Below, one piece after another: positions 45,913 through 56,000 of a stretch of DNA of 64,000 nt. The position numbers were made by a program, and so were the translations under genes. The first letter of the stretch is position 1. Every line of letters begins with the position of its first letter. Source of the stretch: a virus; the IMG/VR virus record IMGVR_UViG_3300042308_000216, positions 31,878 to 95,877 of that record; one strand, 5' to 3'. The notes under the pieces were generated by a model. That model was not told where the DNA came from and searched no databases. It was given only the letters and a program-made list of their open reading frames with translations.

Positions 45913-47754
45913 TTAAAATATAATGTGTTGTTCTTGTTGACCATCTATTATTATGTCATTAATTTGATTTAATATTACTTGTATTTCAGGACTAGCAGCA
46001 TCCATAAGTCTAGCTATATTAGCATTTGGAGTATAAGCAGCTATTTGTTCATGTATTCCTGCTCCTGTTACTACAATATTAACTGGGCCATGATTTAATG
46101 TACCAACTTCATTTAAAGCAGCTATAGTATAAGGATTTTCTTCTACTTCTTGCTCTGCATCTAAATCCTCCTCTAGTTCTAAATCATCATTATCTAAATC
46201 ATCATCATCCCAATTAAAATCAAAATCTCTATCAATATCAGAATCACCAGCTTGCGGTGTATCAGAATCATCTAATGTTACTGTATCAACTTTAAGAGTT
46301 GGATCTATACCATAGCCTGTATTGACAAATCTCCTATCATATACTTTACCATTATCATAGTAAACTTCATTGTTATCAACAAGTTCACCAGATAATTCAC
46401 AAGCAGTAAAGAAATTTAAAGCATTTACAGATGCTTGTTTAGTAAATGCATTTATAAACTGAAAGTTATCTATATAAGGAACATCAAAATTACTACTAAT
46501 ATTAGATTGTTGTGCTACAGCTACTTGATATTTAACAGCATCACTTTGCTTATCAATTGCAGAAGGTAACCAATCTAAATCTACTTTATAGTTATCATCA
46601 TATTGCTTAGTCCAATTACCTGGACCCATAGTAAGTAAGTTTTTAGTACTATAAGGTTTTCTATGCTCATAGATATTTTTAATACCATTTTCTTTAGCAT
46701 ATCTATGGAATAAAGTAATAATCTTAGTATCTACAGTATAAATCCTATCCATAAATACAGTACCATCAGTTGTAGTAACTAATAATGCTCTAGCCATAAT
46801 ACTATCTGTTTGACCTGCTTTCATAATAAGCAATCTAAATTTAGAATTCTTAGCATAAAACTTTATAACATGGCTTTTACTACTATCACGCATACAAGAA
46901 TTACCTAGCTCACCAGACATTTTAAAATAACTATCTTTATCATAATATTTTATAATATCATCACCACTAACTATTGAAAATAGATTAGAGTCAAAACATG
47001 TTAGCATTTTATTAAACTCTATATAAGCATTAATAGTAGCTTCAGTTATTTCTGGAAGATGGTCTTTAAAGAATTTACCTATACCCATAGTTCTGCGTAA
47101 AGAAAGTGCTTCTTCACTAATTCCATTAGCAACAGCATAAGCATATTTTTCTTTAGTTACATAAACAATGTTATTTTCATTTATCTCCTTAAAATAGTAT
47201 ATCTCACCTACTTCATTTATAGCACTATAAAAACGATGATTATTAATACTAGGTACCATTCTATGTAATTCTGAAAATAAAGAACTTTTACTAACTCTAA
47301 TTTTATGCTCATGACGATTTAAAGGTAAATTACCTACATACATAGCAGCTGAAATTACAATTTGACCATCAGGATTTTGATATATTGTATAGTCTAATTC
47401 TAGTTTTTCACAGATTGTATAGCCTTTACTTTTCATAACACAAAAAGATATAGTATTCATAGCATCATCTCTATATCTATCAGTGCTTCTAACATAACAT
47501 TGAGTTTCACTAGTTGATACTAAAATACTTCTTCTTCTGTCAACAAAAGCTATATTTGAATCTATATAACCTATATTACTAATCTCATACCAATCTAAAT
47601 CTGTAATTGTTAACTGTAATACTTTAGTATCATTATTGTAAATCAATCCAGCTTTAAATCTTCTAGCTTTAGATTGTTTAATTAGGAAAATCAGTTCTTT
47701 TGGAAATTGTACTTTTGTGTCACCTTGATGATTTGTTAATATTATTTTTCCCAT
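45913..47754 (-). CDS. uncharacterised phage protein (SCM / ARALL / MDRIY / PYID motifs) with acidic tail
   Basis: 613 aa; GELGNSCMR, ARALLV, FMDRIY, PYIDNF; Asp/Glu-rich stretch. Confidence 0.65.
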   Translation of the reverse strand: MGKIILTNHQGDTKVQFPKELIFLIKQSKARRFKAGLIYNNDTKVLQLTITDLDWYEISNIGYIDSNIAFVDRRRSILVSTSETQCYVRSTDRYRDDAMNTISFCVMKSKGYTICEKLELDYTIYQNPDGQIVISAAMYVGNLPLNRHEHKIRVSKSSLFSELHRMVPSINNHRFYSAINEVGEIYYFKEINENNIVYVTKEKYAYAVANGISEEALSLRRTMGIGKFFKDHLPEITEATINAYIEFNKMLTCFDSNLFSIVSGDDIIKYYDKDSYFKMSGELGNSCMRDSSKSHVIKFYAKNSKFRLLIMKAGQTDSIMARALLVTTTDGTVFMDRIYTVDTKIITLFHRYAKENGIKNIYEHRKPYSTKNLLTMGPGNWTKQYDDNYKVDLDWLPSAIDKQSDAVKYQVAVAQQSNISSNFDVPYIDNFQFINAFTKQASVNALNFFTACELSGELVDNNEVYYDNGKVYDRRFVNTGYGIDPTLKVDTVTLDDSDTPQAGDSDIDRDFDFNWDDDDLDNDDLELEEDLDAEQEVEENPYTIAALNEVGTLNHGPVNIVVTGAGIHEQIAAYTPNANIARLMDAASPEIQVILNQINDIIIDGQQEQHIIF

Positions 47755-47761
47755 ATTAAAA

Positions 47762-47796
47762 AATATAAAAGCCCCTACCTTTTACAGCAGGGGCTT
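47762..47796 (-). terminator. intrinsic terminator
   Basis: aagcccct...aggggctt stem (47769-47796) followed by a U-rich tract on the minus strand. Confidence 0.75.
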
Positions 47797-47809
47797 AAAT
47801 TGTTTATTA

Positions 47810-48289
47810 TTAGTTCTGACTAGTAACAAATAGTAATGCTAGATTACCATAAGATTCAGTATCAGTTGTTGTAGCAACCCAATGACCATCCTTTAAAGTT
47901 ACATAGTAACGTGTTGGTGATTTCTTCTGACCTCTTACTTTGTTGTACAAAGCACAGATAGTATCAGCATCAGGTACTTGTGGCAATTCTGGTTCATGTA
48001 AATTAACTTCATCATGGTCAGTATCAGGCACATAAGCATCTACTACATTTCTAATGAAATCATTAACACCACCATCTTCTAGTAAGTCAAAAATCATAGT
48101 TGCTTTACCAGCAGCATACTCTTCTCTTCTAATCCAGTTGATATCAAATCTATCACTACCTGTTGTTAAATACATACCTTCCTCCATATCACAGATATTA
48201 GGAGATACTGAAAAATTCAATTGTTCTGCAAATGCAATACAAGCTTTTGCTACATTGATGTCGTCTACATAAAAGATTTCTCTTGTCAT
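47810..48289 (-). CDS. hypothetical protein
   Basis: 159-aa ORF followed by a terminator. Confidence 0.65.
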   Translation of the reverse strand: MTREIFYVDDINVAKACIAFAEQLNFSVSPNICDMEEGMYLTTGSDRFDINWIRREEYAAGKATMIFDLLEDGGVNDFIRNVVDAYVPDTDHDEVNLHEPELPQVPDADTICALYNKVRGQKKSPTRYYVTLKDGHWVATTTDTESYGNLALLFVTSQN

Positions 48290-48301
48290 TTTAATTTGTT
48301 T

Positions 48302-49345
48302 TTAAATTTGTTGATTGTAATAATTGTTTATTTCTAATGAGTCTGGTTCAGGTAATTCAAAGAATTTACCAGATTCAGGTTTAACATAAAGACCTTTTGC
48401 AATACCATCTCTTGATAATCTGTTTTTGATTATCTTAAGCATAAGCATTTTGTCTTTAAGTTTACTAAGGTCATAGCCAAGACTTGTATCCATATCTAAT
48501 TTATAAGGACACATTAGACCTAAAACTATGTCAGCATCTTGATAAGGATTAGTGGTATCTTTAAAATCTCCTTGTGAAGGAGACAGATCTACACCCTTAA
48601 ATTTTTGACGGTCTACTGAAGATAAACCTTGGTTAAATTGTTGAAGTATAATGGGTGTAAATCCAAAAATATTCCGCAAAATTACAAAGTACTCACTCAT
48701 CTTATCCATCACTTCCTTAGTTTGAAATCCTCTTTCTTTTTTCAATAAGTATAAATGGTCTAAAGCTACTATATTATAAGCATATGGGTTATTTGGTTTA
48801 TAACCACATATTCTTTGTTTAATATTACCTTCATGATCCTTATACTCTTCATACTGGATTTCACCATGAAGACTTGCAAATTTCCACAGCTCATTAAAAA
48901 TACCAGTTGGATTAGTAGACTCAAATCTAAAATGAATCTTGTCTGCCATCTCCTCTACCATTGTTATGATAGGTTCTATAACTGCTACTTCTTGAGGTGT
49001 TAATCTAAAGTCTCCAAGACCTTTAATCTTTTCTGGTGGTATTACTACTCCATGTAATTGATAAGCAAAAGATGATACCCAATTGCACATCTTAGTTAGC
49101 TTGTCAATCTCAAAGGAATAATAAAAGACATTGCATTCAATATTATTATCACTAGCAGACTTTATAGCATTCCTGACTATATAATCCAACAGAGTTGTCT
49201 TATAAGTACCTGAAGAACCACCTATTAGATAGTAGGTTCCACGTTGAACACCAAAAGTGTACTTGTTTAAATCTTTAAATCCATTGGCTAAACCTTGAAA
49301 TTTCCCTTCCAGACCTTCATTAATTCTTTTTGTTAAAATACTCAT
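48302..49345 (-). CDS. dnaB: replicative helicase, DnaB family
   Basis: Walker A GSSGTYKT, YSFE, ALDHL, LQQFN, QDADIVL, KNR. Confidence 0.9.
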   Translation of the reverse strand: MSILTKRINEGLEGKFQGLANGFKDLNKYTFGVQRGTYYLIGGSSGTYKTTLLDYIVRNAIKSASDNNIECNVFYYSFEIDKLTKMCNWVSSFAYQLHGVVIPPEKIKGLGDFRLTPQEVAVIEPIITMVEEMADKIHFRFESTNPTGIFNELWKFASLHGEIQYEEYKDHEGNIKQRICGYKPNNPYAYNIVALDHLYLLKKERGFQTKEVMDKMSEYFVILRNIFGFTPIILQQFNQGLSSVDRQKFKGVDLSPSQGDFKDTTNPYQDADIVLGLMCPYKLDMDTSLGYDLSKLKDKMLMLKIIKNRLSRDGIAKGLYVKPESGKFFELPEPDSLEINNYYNQQI

Positions 49346-49845
49346 ACTCTTTCCACCCTTTCTTGAGTGTCTTGAATATCCAAATCAGCATATTTATCCC
49401 AGGTTTGTTGATTAAACCAGGTTCTAATATCTTGAAAGAATGCTTCATTATTACCTTTCTTCCTAAGAAGAATCTCATTCTGAAGACCTTTCATCATTTT
49501 AGCACCTATGTTAACATCTTGCCTTTGATAAATTCTGTACTTAGTCAAGCAATGTTTCCCATCACCAGAATCAATGCTCTTAGCTTTCAGTACACGATTA
49601 CCTATCTTATGAGGATATAAATCATATACTCTTACAAAGAGCATGGTAGCATCATCTGCTTTGGGAAACATTAATTGTTCACAATGGCTTGTTAAGTCAC
49701 CATCTGTGTTCATCAAACCTAGCTCAAATAAAGTTTCTATATCTAAATCATTAGCTAGATTATATTTCTTGCATTGCAAATAGGCATACTCCACAGGAGT
49801 AATACCTAAATTTGCAGCTTCATCAGTATCAATTGTCAATATCAT
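49342..49845 (-). CDS. putative replication initiator / helicase loader
   Basis: N-terminal wHTH-like segment and C-terminal YDLYPHK...TWFNQQTW resembling phage replisome-organiser C-termini; ATGA-coupled to dnaB. Confidence 0.5.
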   Translation of the reverse strand: MILTIDTDEAANLGITPVEYAYLQCKKYNLANDLDIETLFELGLMNTDGDLTSHCEQLMFPKADDATMLFVRVYDLYPHKIGNRVLKAKSIDSGDGKHCLTKYRIYQRQDVNIGAKMMKGLQNEILLRKKGNNEAFFQDIRTWFNQQTWDKYADLDIQDTQERVERV

Positions 49846-50242
49846 TTTGTAGTTTGTCTAATAATTCATCCTCATCTAAATCTGCTAATTGTACTAAACA
49901 TTTTGACAATAGAACTATAGAATTACATTCTTTTTCTCTCATCTCTATGTCTGGTGAACCATTTAGCATACATTCAATATACTTATTATGAAAGAATATA
50001 AGTAAATCAGCAGCACTTGGTGCTATAAATAGAATAAAATCTTTTTCTAAACTACTTGAATCTTTACCTGATGAGAAAAATGCTATTGCATCATCTTTAG
50101 TAATAAAAATTGTCATTACATCTTTATTCTCTTTAACTTCATTAAGAACATCATAAAAATCTTCTTTACCATCTTTAAAGTTTTCAGAATAATCTGTAAT
50201 AGCATCTAATCCTACTAATACTTCAATTTTATCTGTACCCAT
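49829..50242 (-). CDS. hypothetical protein
   Basis: Acidic ORF; start uncertain (50242 or 50305). Confidence 0.55.
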   Translation of the reverse strand: MGTDKIEVLVGLDAITDYSENFKDGKEDFYDVLNEVKENKDVMTIFITKDDAIAFFSSGKDSSSLEKDFILFIAPSAADLLIFFHNKYIECMLNGSPDIEMREKECNSIVLLSKCLVQLADLDEDELLDKLQNDIDN

Positions 50243-50450
50243 TGTTTCTGTATAATATTGAATACTCATCTTGCTCAACAATTCTTTCATTAATAAGTTC
50301 TTCAATAATTATAAGTGGTACATCTTCATCATATACTTCATGTACTAGGTCTCTAACTTTTAATGGAGAATTACTCCATATTCCAGGATAGATAGCTTGT
50401 ACACAGTTGATACAGAAAACAATTTCATCTTTTTCTAAAGTACTTGTCAT
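50229..50450 (-). CDS. hypothetical protein
   Basis: 73-aa ORF, ATGA-coupled to the helicase gene. Confidence 0.6.
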   Translation of the reverse strand: MTSTLEKDEIVFCINCVQAIYPGIWSNSPLKVRDLVHEVYDEDVPLIIIEELINERIVEQDEYSILYRNNGYR

Positions 50451-51577
50451 AAGTTTTTTGAATTTAAATAAGTTATCTTTTGTTTATCTAGGTTCTCAGA
50501 ACATTTAGTCCACCATACCTCATCTTGAGTGCCTACAGCAACTAATACCCAAATAGTAGCTTCATGGTCAGGTCTCCACCTAACAATTCTACCTGTCTGT
50601 TGTATTAAGTTTCTTTCAACACTATTAATCTGAATGATAATAGCAGAATCTAAGTCTGGAATATTCTCACCTTCATTTAAAGCTTTTACACAACTGAGTT
50701 GCTGAATATCTTTATTTCGCAGCTGCTTTAAAGCTTTATCTGAGGATTTTGAATGAAAAGTGTCTGAACATATCTCTTCAGCTTGAGCTATAGAATGACA
50801 AAAGAACAAAGCTCTTTCACCAACCATATACTTATCTTTAATTAGTTTGGCAACATCCATTTTGGATTTAAGATTCCCAAGAAATCGTTGTCTTGCTAAT
50901 TGTGCAAACATAGCAGCTTTTGCTCTGCCACCATATTTATGTTGCAATATCAATTTAGATAGATACTGATAATGGCTATACTCAGTAGTCATAAAGGGTT
51001 TATCCTTTGTACCTGCTGTTATATACTTATCAATACTATTTAATTGAATTTCCACTAGATTGATTTTATAGGGTGCAACTACACTATCCTCAACTGCTGA
51101 ATCAAGCCTGTACTCATATACTACTGGACAGTGTATTTTGAGTAACATCTTTTTAATTTCATCTGTAGGGGGAGTAGCTGACAAGCCTAGTATCCTAGTG
51201 GATACATTTTGCATAAAGAACTTACTGTTACTTTCAGTAATGTTATGCAATTCATCAAGTATTACTAAATCATAATTCTCATCAAAGATTTTATTAATGG
51301 ATACATAACAATATCTATCAAGATACTTGTAGTATTTTGTCATCTTCCATTTCTTAAATTCTTCTAGCCAATTATGGTCTCGTAAACTCTCTGTTGGTAC
51401 AATTAAGCATATCTTAGGTTTCTTGACTTTTAAGGTCTTAATTATGTAGTCTATAGCAAGTAATGCCACCTTACTCTTTCCAGAGCCTGTAGCCATAGCT
51501 AATGCACCTACACATTTATTATCTACCCAAGTTTGTAATGCTTCATCTTGTATTTCACTTTTCTTATTTTGAGCCAT
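50447..51577 (-). CDS. superfamily 2 DNA helicase (UvsW/ResIII-like)
   Basis: MATGSGKS, LDELH, GLSAT, EGENIP, QQTGRIVR. Confidence 0.9.
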   Translation of the reverse strand: MAQNKKSEIQDEALQTWVDNKCVGALAMATGSGKSKVALLAIDYIIKTLKVKKPKICLIVPTESLRDHNWLEEFKKWKMTKYYKYLDRYCYVSINKIFDENYDLVILDELHNITESNSKFFMQNVSTRILGLSATPPTDEIKKMLLKIHCPVVYEYRLDSAVEDSVVAPYKINLVEIQLNSIDKYITAGTKDKPFMTTEYSHYQYLSKLILQHKYGGRAKAAMFAQLARQRFLGNLKSKMDVAKLIKDKYMVGERALFFCHSIAQAEEICSDTFHSKSSDKALKQLRNKDIQQLSCVKALNEGENIPDLDSAIIIQINSVERNLIQQTGRIVRWRPDHEATIWVLVAVGTQDEVWWTKCSENLDKQKITYLNSKNL

Positions 51578-51869
51578 TGATTCTGTCTAAGCATCTTTGT
51601 TGTAATATCTCAAAGATATTTACAAAAGTACTATTAGGTTTTTTGGTTGCATACCCATTAGCAAAATACAATTCTTCAGAACAGAAGTGTAATAAATCTA
51701 AAGCATTACCTTTTCTAATACTAACTTCCATAATCTCAAATGATTCTCCTGAACCTGGATAAGCATCATCAACAGGATATAATATTTCTGGTTCTCCTTC
51801 ATCATATATACCTGATATCTCAAGTTCTACATCATGGTCAATTTCAATAATTACTGTGTCTCTTGTCAT
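51564..51869 (-). CDS. hypothetical protein
   Basis: Coupled ORF in the operon. Confidence 0.6.
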   Translation of the reverse strand: MTRDTVIIEIDHDVELEISGIYDEGEPEILYPVDDAYPGSGESFEIMEVSIRKGNALDLLHFCSEELYFANGYATKKPNSTFVNIFEILQQRCLDRINGSK

Positions 51870-52186
51870 AATTTCTTATTTCTTAAGTGTCGTTGTTTAG
51901 TTCTACAATGTTTACTGTGATCTTTTTTAAACCCACATATAGGGCATTTAGAGTTTTCGTTGATTAGTTTACCATATCTAGATACACCACTCATTTTTTG
52001 GTTCTCGACAATTTCAAATTCTACTATAGGATTAGATGCTATTCTAGCTTCAATGTTATCAAATGTAAATTCAAGTTCACGAATATAGTCTACATCATCA
52101 TAGTGTAATGAAACACCTTTTGCTTCTCCATTTTCAGTATAAGAAATCATCCAACCATGCTCTGATTTGATTAGTTCTCCTTTCAT
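51866..52186 (-). CDS. hypothetical protein with C-terminal CxxC..H..C zinc finger
   Basis: CPICGFKKDHSKHC. Confidence 0.6.
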   Translation of the reverse strand: MKGELIKSEHGWMISYTENGEAKGVSLHYDDVDYIRELEFTFDNIEARIASNPIVEFEIVENQKMSGVSRYGKLINENSKCPICGFKKDHSKHCRTKQRHLRNKKL

Positions 52187-52437
52187 TTTATACGTCTAAG
52201 GTTTATTTCTATGTTTTCCATCATCCATTTAGCACCTTCAATAAAATTTTCTATTGCTGCTTCTTTTTCTAAAGGTTTAATATAATTAAAATAATTTATA
52301 TCAACATGCTTTTCAGCAGCTTTTTCAATAAATTTATTAATATTCATTTTACCAATTACTTGGTCTGAATGAGATTCTGTTTTATTTACTAAATCATCCC
52401 ATTCTTCTTTTGTTTTATTTGATTTTAGATTTCCCAT
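52183..52437 (-). CDS. hypothetical protein
   Basis: IEKAAEKH...FIEGAKWM, a motif common in Bacteroidota-phage small proteins; start at MGNLKS. Confidence 0.6.
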   Translation of the reverse strand: MGNLKSNKTKEEWDDLVNKTESHSDQVIGKMNINKFIEKAAEKHVDINYFNYIKPLEKEAAIENFIEGAKWMMENIEINLRRIK

Positions 52438-52726
52438 TTTGTATCTTTTTATATTGTTCAAACCATTCTTCAAAGCTATTTGTTTTAATCCAAGATGTTT
52501 TGTTTCCACCTCTAAATGCTTCTTTTAAATCTTCCTTACTATACATTCCATCAGTTAGCATTTTAACATAATCTCTCATTATAACTACTGTATCATCTGA
52601 ATAATGCTTATCATAAAATTCTTTTGCTGTTGTTTCTTGTTTAGGTTCTTCTAATGGACCACAATCACAATAATCTGTATGCCCACAATAGCATTTAATT
52701 TGTTTAGGTTTTTCTTGTTCTACCAT
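52415..52726 (-). CDS. hypothetical protein
   Basis: CYCGHTDYCDC, KQETT, MYSKEDL, FEEWFEQYKK modules. Confidence 0.6.
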   Translation of the reverse strand: MVEQEKPKQIKCYCGHTDYCDCGPLEEPKQETTAKEFYDKHYSDDTVVIMRDYVKMLTDGMYSKEDLKEAFRGGNKTSWIKTNSFEEWFEQYKKIQNGKSKIK

Positions 52727-52929
52727 TTGTCTAAGTCTATGTTTGTTGGTCTAATTAATTTCTGTCTAGCTTCTTTCTTAACAAGAGGATTCCTATAAGT
52801 ACCTTGTTTAAAGACACTAACAGGTTTCCTCTTCCACCCACTTAAAGATTTTCTTTTATAGTGTGGGTGGTCAAAGTCAGGGTTACAGCTAAGTAAAAAT
52901 ACTAATAGAATTAAGATTAAGAATTTCAT
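52720..52929 (-). CDS. small basic lipoprotein
   Basis: MKFLILILLVFLLSC signal peptide II with lipobox Cys. Confidence 0.6.
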   Translation of the reverse strand: MKFLILILLVFLLSCNPDFDHPHYKRKSLSGWKRKPVSVFKQGTYRNPLVKKEARQKLIRPTNIDLDKW

Positions 52930-52965
52930 AAAGTAAATTTCTTTATTTCAAATTCTTATTTTGTA

Positions 52966-53226
52966 CTAGATTTTTAGTACTAATCCATTCTCAGGTTCAA
53001 ATTCAATTGCTTTGATAATCATATTCTTTTTTGTATTGAAGTAAGTATTTAGATTCATACCTACACCAATATATGGACCACCTGCTGGATCTATAAACTC
53101 AATTTTAGAACCATCTTCATTGAATCCACTTCTTGAATATTGATAACCAGACATTTTAACTGTATTGTTATCAAGTTTTTCAAACACTATTGTATCTCCT
53201 TGTCTATTGTAATAATCTACTTTCAT
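52966..53226 (-). CDS. hypothetical protein
   Basis: NRQGD...FIDPAGGPYIGVG. Confidence 0.65.
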   Translation of the reverse strand: MKVDYYNRQGDTIVFEKLDNNTVKMSGYQYSRSGFNEDGSKIEFIDPAGGPYIGVGMNLNTYFNTKKNMIIKAIEFEPENGLVLKI

Positions 53227-53241
53227 CTTTTTTTGTTAGTT

Positions 53242-54132
53242 TTAGTTAATAAATTTACGAATTACATTACCATTCTCATACTTGATAATCTTAAATCCTG
53301 GTGTGTTTAAAGTTGTTGGTAATCCCATAATATCATACACTTTATATTGTAATGAGTATGGATAGTATACACAGATTATTGTGTATTCATGTCTCACACC
53401 ATTAAAATCATACTCTACTAATCTATAGTAATTATTACCTTCATAAGGTTTATCATCTATAGCTTTGTAGTTTAGTGCTCTTGTAGAGTTACCACTAGCT
53501 TTAACTCTACTAACTTCTTTAAAGTTAATAGCATCACTAGATTTCTCAATTACAAAGTAATCAGAACTTGTTTCAGTTGCTGTAGTCCAGCATAGGTTAA
53601 TTAAACCATTTTGTGTTTCACCTTGAAAACTCAATAGTTCAATTACTAAAGGAATATCTACAAACCAATAAGGGCATATAGCATTAAATCCTTGACAAAA
53701 TCTACCAACAGCAGTAGCTGTTAGAGTCCATGTATAAGTGTGTCCTTCTAAAATTTGAAAGGAATAACCTTCATCAATAAATTGACAAGTGGTGTTATCA
53801 TATAATCCCGTATACAAAAAATTAACATTTGTACAAGAAAGTACACTATAACCACTGTTAATATAAATGAAGTTATCAGCCACACTAGTAAATGTGAAAG
53901 AATAGGTAATAGAATTAGAAGCAGGAACAATACTATAACAATATTGGTTGTTTCTAAGAAATTCATAAGAGTCTGGTACATAGCTTATTTCTTTTAGCAA
54001 TAATGTTGATGTGTCACAGGCAGAATTTAATCTGAGGTTACTATCAAACAGGCTATCTTCAATCTTTCTAAAACCTTGTCCTTGTAATGATAATGAAGAT
54101 ACAATCAGCATTAAAATTATATAAGGGTACAT
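53242..54132 (-). CDS. secreted protein with Bacteroidota Ig-like domain and T9SS C-terminal-domain-like end
   Basis: Signal peptide; PLVIELLSFQG...WTTATE.SSDYFVIEKS.D...Y...D..P..G.NYYRL.E.D.NG; terminal VYDIMG...PGFKIIK.....RKFIN. Confidence 0.75.
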   Translation of the reverse strand: MYPYIILMLIVSSLSLQGQGFRKIEDSLFDSNLRLNSACDTSTLLLKEISYVPDSYEFLRNNQYCYSIVPASNSITYSFTFTSVADNFIYINSGYSVLSCTNVNFLYTGLYDNTTCQFIDEGYSFQILEGHTYTWTLTATAVGRFCQGFNAICPYWFVDIPLVIELLSFQGETQNGLINLCWTTATETSSDYFVIEKSSDAINFKEVSRVKASGNSTRALNYKAIDDKPYEGNNYYRLVEYDFNGVRHEYTIICVYYPYSLQYKVYDIMGLPTTLNTPGFKIIKYENGNVIRKFIN

Positions 54133-54139
54133 AATGTTA

Positions 54140-54147
54140 CAAAGATA
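54140..54147 (-). promoter_or_regulatory. Bacteroidota -7 promoter element TATCTTTG for the T9SS-cargo-like gene
   Basis: TAnnTTTG in the 20-nt gap, 8 nt upstream of ATG 54132 (near-leaderless transcript). Confidence 0.65.
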
Positions 54148-54152
54148 CGGAA

Positions 54153-56000
54153 TTATTTATCCCAATAATCTGCTATCTTACAGTCTACTACAATAGGTAC
54201 AGATTTAATAACTTCTTGAGCAGATTCTACCATTAATTTATCTAGTTCTAACTTCCACCATTCACATAAATCTTCAGGACATTCTGTTTGTATCTCGTCA
54301 TAAACTGATAGTAATATGTTGATAGGCAATGCTCTAGCATCAATAAACCTTTGTACTTTAACTAATGCTGATTTAATAATATCACCATTGGTGCCTTGAA
54401 TAGGAGTATTCTTACCTGCTCTTTCAATCTCACCTTGTCTAATAAAGTTTTCTTTATTGTCATAACCAGCAAACCATCTAATTCTACCATAAGGTTGACC
54501 ACTTTTGATATAACCTCTAGCTTTAGCTAGTTCACCTAATACATTAAGAAACTTTTCTACATCAGGTACTACTTTAAAGAATTTCTTGATAATCTTATCA
54601 GCTTCACCAACAGGAATTTGCATAGTATCTGCAAGTTTAAACTTTGACATACCATAAGCAAGACCAAAATTGATAGTTTTCTGAATATCTCTGTAAGCTA
54701 CACCTTTCTTAAATGGTGTTTCTTGTTTAACATCAGTAATAGGTATATCAAATGTTGCTGCACATAGTACAGAATGCAAATCTTGACCATCATTAAAAGC
54801 ATTAACCCATAATGGATCTTTGCTAAACTCTGCTATGATTCTTAATTCCATACCACTATAGTCACCACCAACTATCTTATAACCTTGTTGAGGTATAAAA
54901 CAATTTCTAATCTGTTTACCAAGTTCACCTTTAGATGGAATTTGATTTAGATTAGGTTCACTAACTGATATTCTGCCTGTAGATAGAATTTGCCATACAT
55001 CATAATGGATTCTACCTGTGTTTCTATTAACAAACTTTAGAAACTCTTTACCAAATGCTGATTCTAATTTACTATATCTATTATAGTTAATCAATTCTTT
55101 AACTAATGGATGTTTATCCTTGTTAATTTGTAAGAATCTATCACCAGTACTGTCAGTATCAAATCCTAAGTCTTTTAATATGTTTAGTTTTTGCAATGGG
55201 CTACCCCAGTTAATACCTAGCTCTCTTGTTTCATACTCAAATAAACTAGTTTGTACATACTTTGGTATATACTTGTTTAGTTTTGGTTCTGATTTAAGAA
55301 TGCTATCTAATTTACCTTCAATCTCAAGAGTACCTTTTCCTGTAATCTCTGCTATCTCTAACCATTTAGTCTTGTTAATAGATATACCAGTATATTCCAT
55401 TCTAGCAAATACTCTTGTTACTTGATTCTCAAGTCTAACTACATTTTCTAAGTTGTATTTTTTAACTTGCTCCATCTGTTTATCCATAATCTGTTTAAGA
55501 TATGTAACATCATCAGCACAGTATTTTACAACTCTTGTAGTTAATCCTTCTCTATGTATTCCACCTCTAATAGATTTATCTAGTACTGCACCACAATATT
55601 TCATTGCTAGTGCATCTAATCCTAGTTTTCTATCTTCTAATCCTGTAGTTAATATACACTCTACTAGAAATGTATCATATACATTCCTAATATTAATACC
55701 TAACTTCAAAAAGAACTTTAAGTCAAACTTAGCATTCTGCAATATAAATAGCCTATTACTCTCAAGTATTGGTTTAAAATACATAGGGTCAATAGTCTTG
55801 TTATCAATAACAAATTGATCATTCTCTGTACCAAATTGCTGAGTTAATAAACTGCAAGTATGTGGATCAAGACCTGTAGTTTCAGTATCTAATTCAATTA
55901 CTCCACACTCTGCTATTTTATTGTATGCTTCTTCTTTACTAATGATAGTATAAGTATCACTCTTAAAGAGTTCCTGATTCGTTGTTATTAGGTAAACCAT
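54153..56000 (-). CDS. polA: DNA polymerase family A (3'-5' exonuclease + polymerase)
   Basis: LDTETTGL, NAKFD, YCADD; TGRIS...PNLNQIP, DYSGMELRI, KTINFGLAYG, NTPIQG, VYDEI. Confidence 0.95.
   Translation of the reverse strand: MVYLITTNQELFKSDTYTIISKEEAYNKIAECGVIELDTETTGLDPHTCSLLTQQFGTENDQFVIDNKTIDPMYFKPILESNRLFILQNAKFDLKFFLKLGINIRNVYDTFLVECILTTGLEDRKLGLDALAMKYCGAVLDKSIRGGIHREGLTTRVVKYCADDVTYLKQIMDKQMEQVKKYNLENVVRLENQVTRVFARMEYTGISINKTKWLEIAEITGKGTLEIEGKLDSILKSEPKLNKYIPKYVQTSLFEYETRELGINWGSPLQKLNILKDLGFDTDSTGDRFLQINKDKHPLVKELINYNRYSKLESAFGKEFLKFVNRNTGRIHYDVWQILSTGRISVSEPNLNQIPSKGELGKQIRNCFIPQQGYKIVGGDYSGMELRIIAEFSKDPLWVNAFNDGQDLHSVLCAATFDIPITDVKQETPFKKGVAYRDIQKTINFGLAYGMSKFKLADTMQIPVGEADKIIKKFFKVVPDVEKFLNVLGELAKARGYIKSGQPYGRIRWFAGYDNKENFIRQGEIERAGKNTPIQGTNGDIIKSALVKVQRFIDARALPINILLSVYDEIQTECPEDLCEWWKLELDKLMVESAQEVIKSVPIVVDCKIADYWDK

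Noticed and set aside
36878-56000. Introns or inteins in nrdJ, dnaB or polA
   Set aside because: All three are compact, contiguous ORFs of expected length with no intein or homing endonuclease motifs
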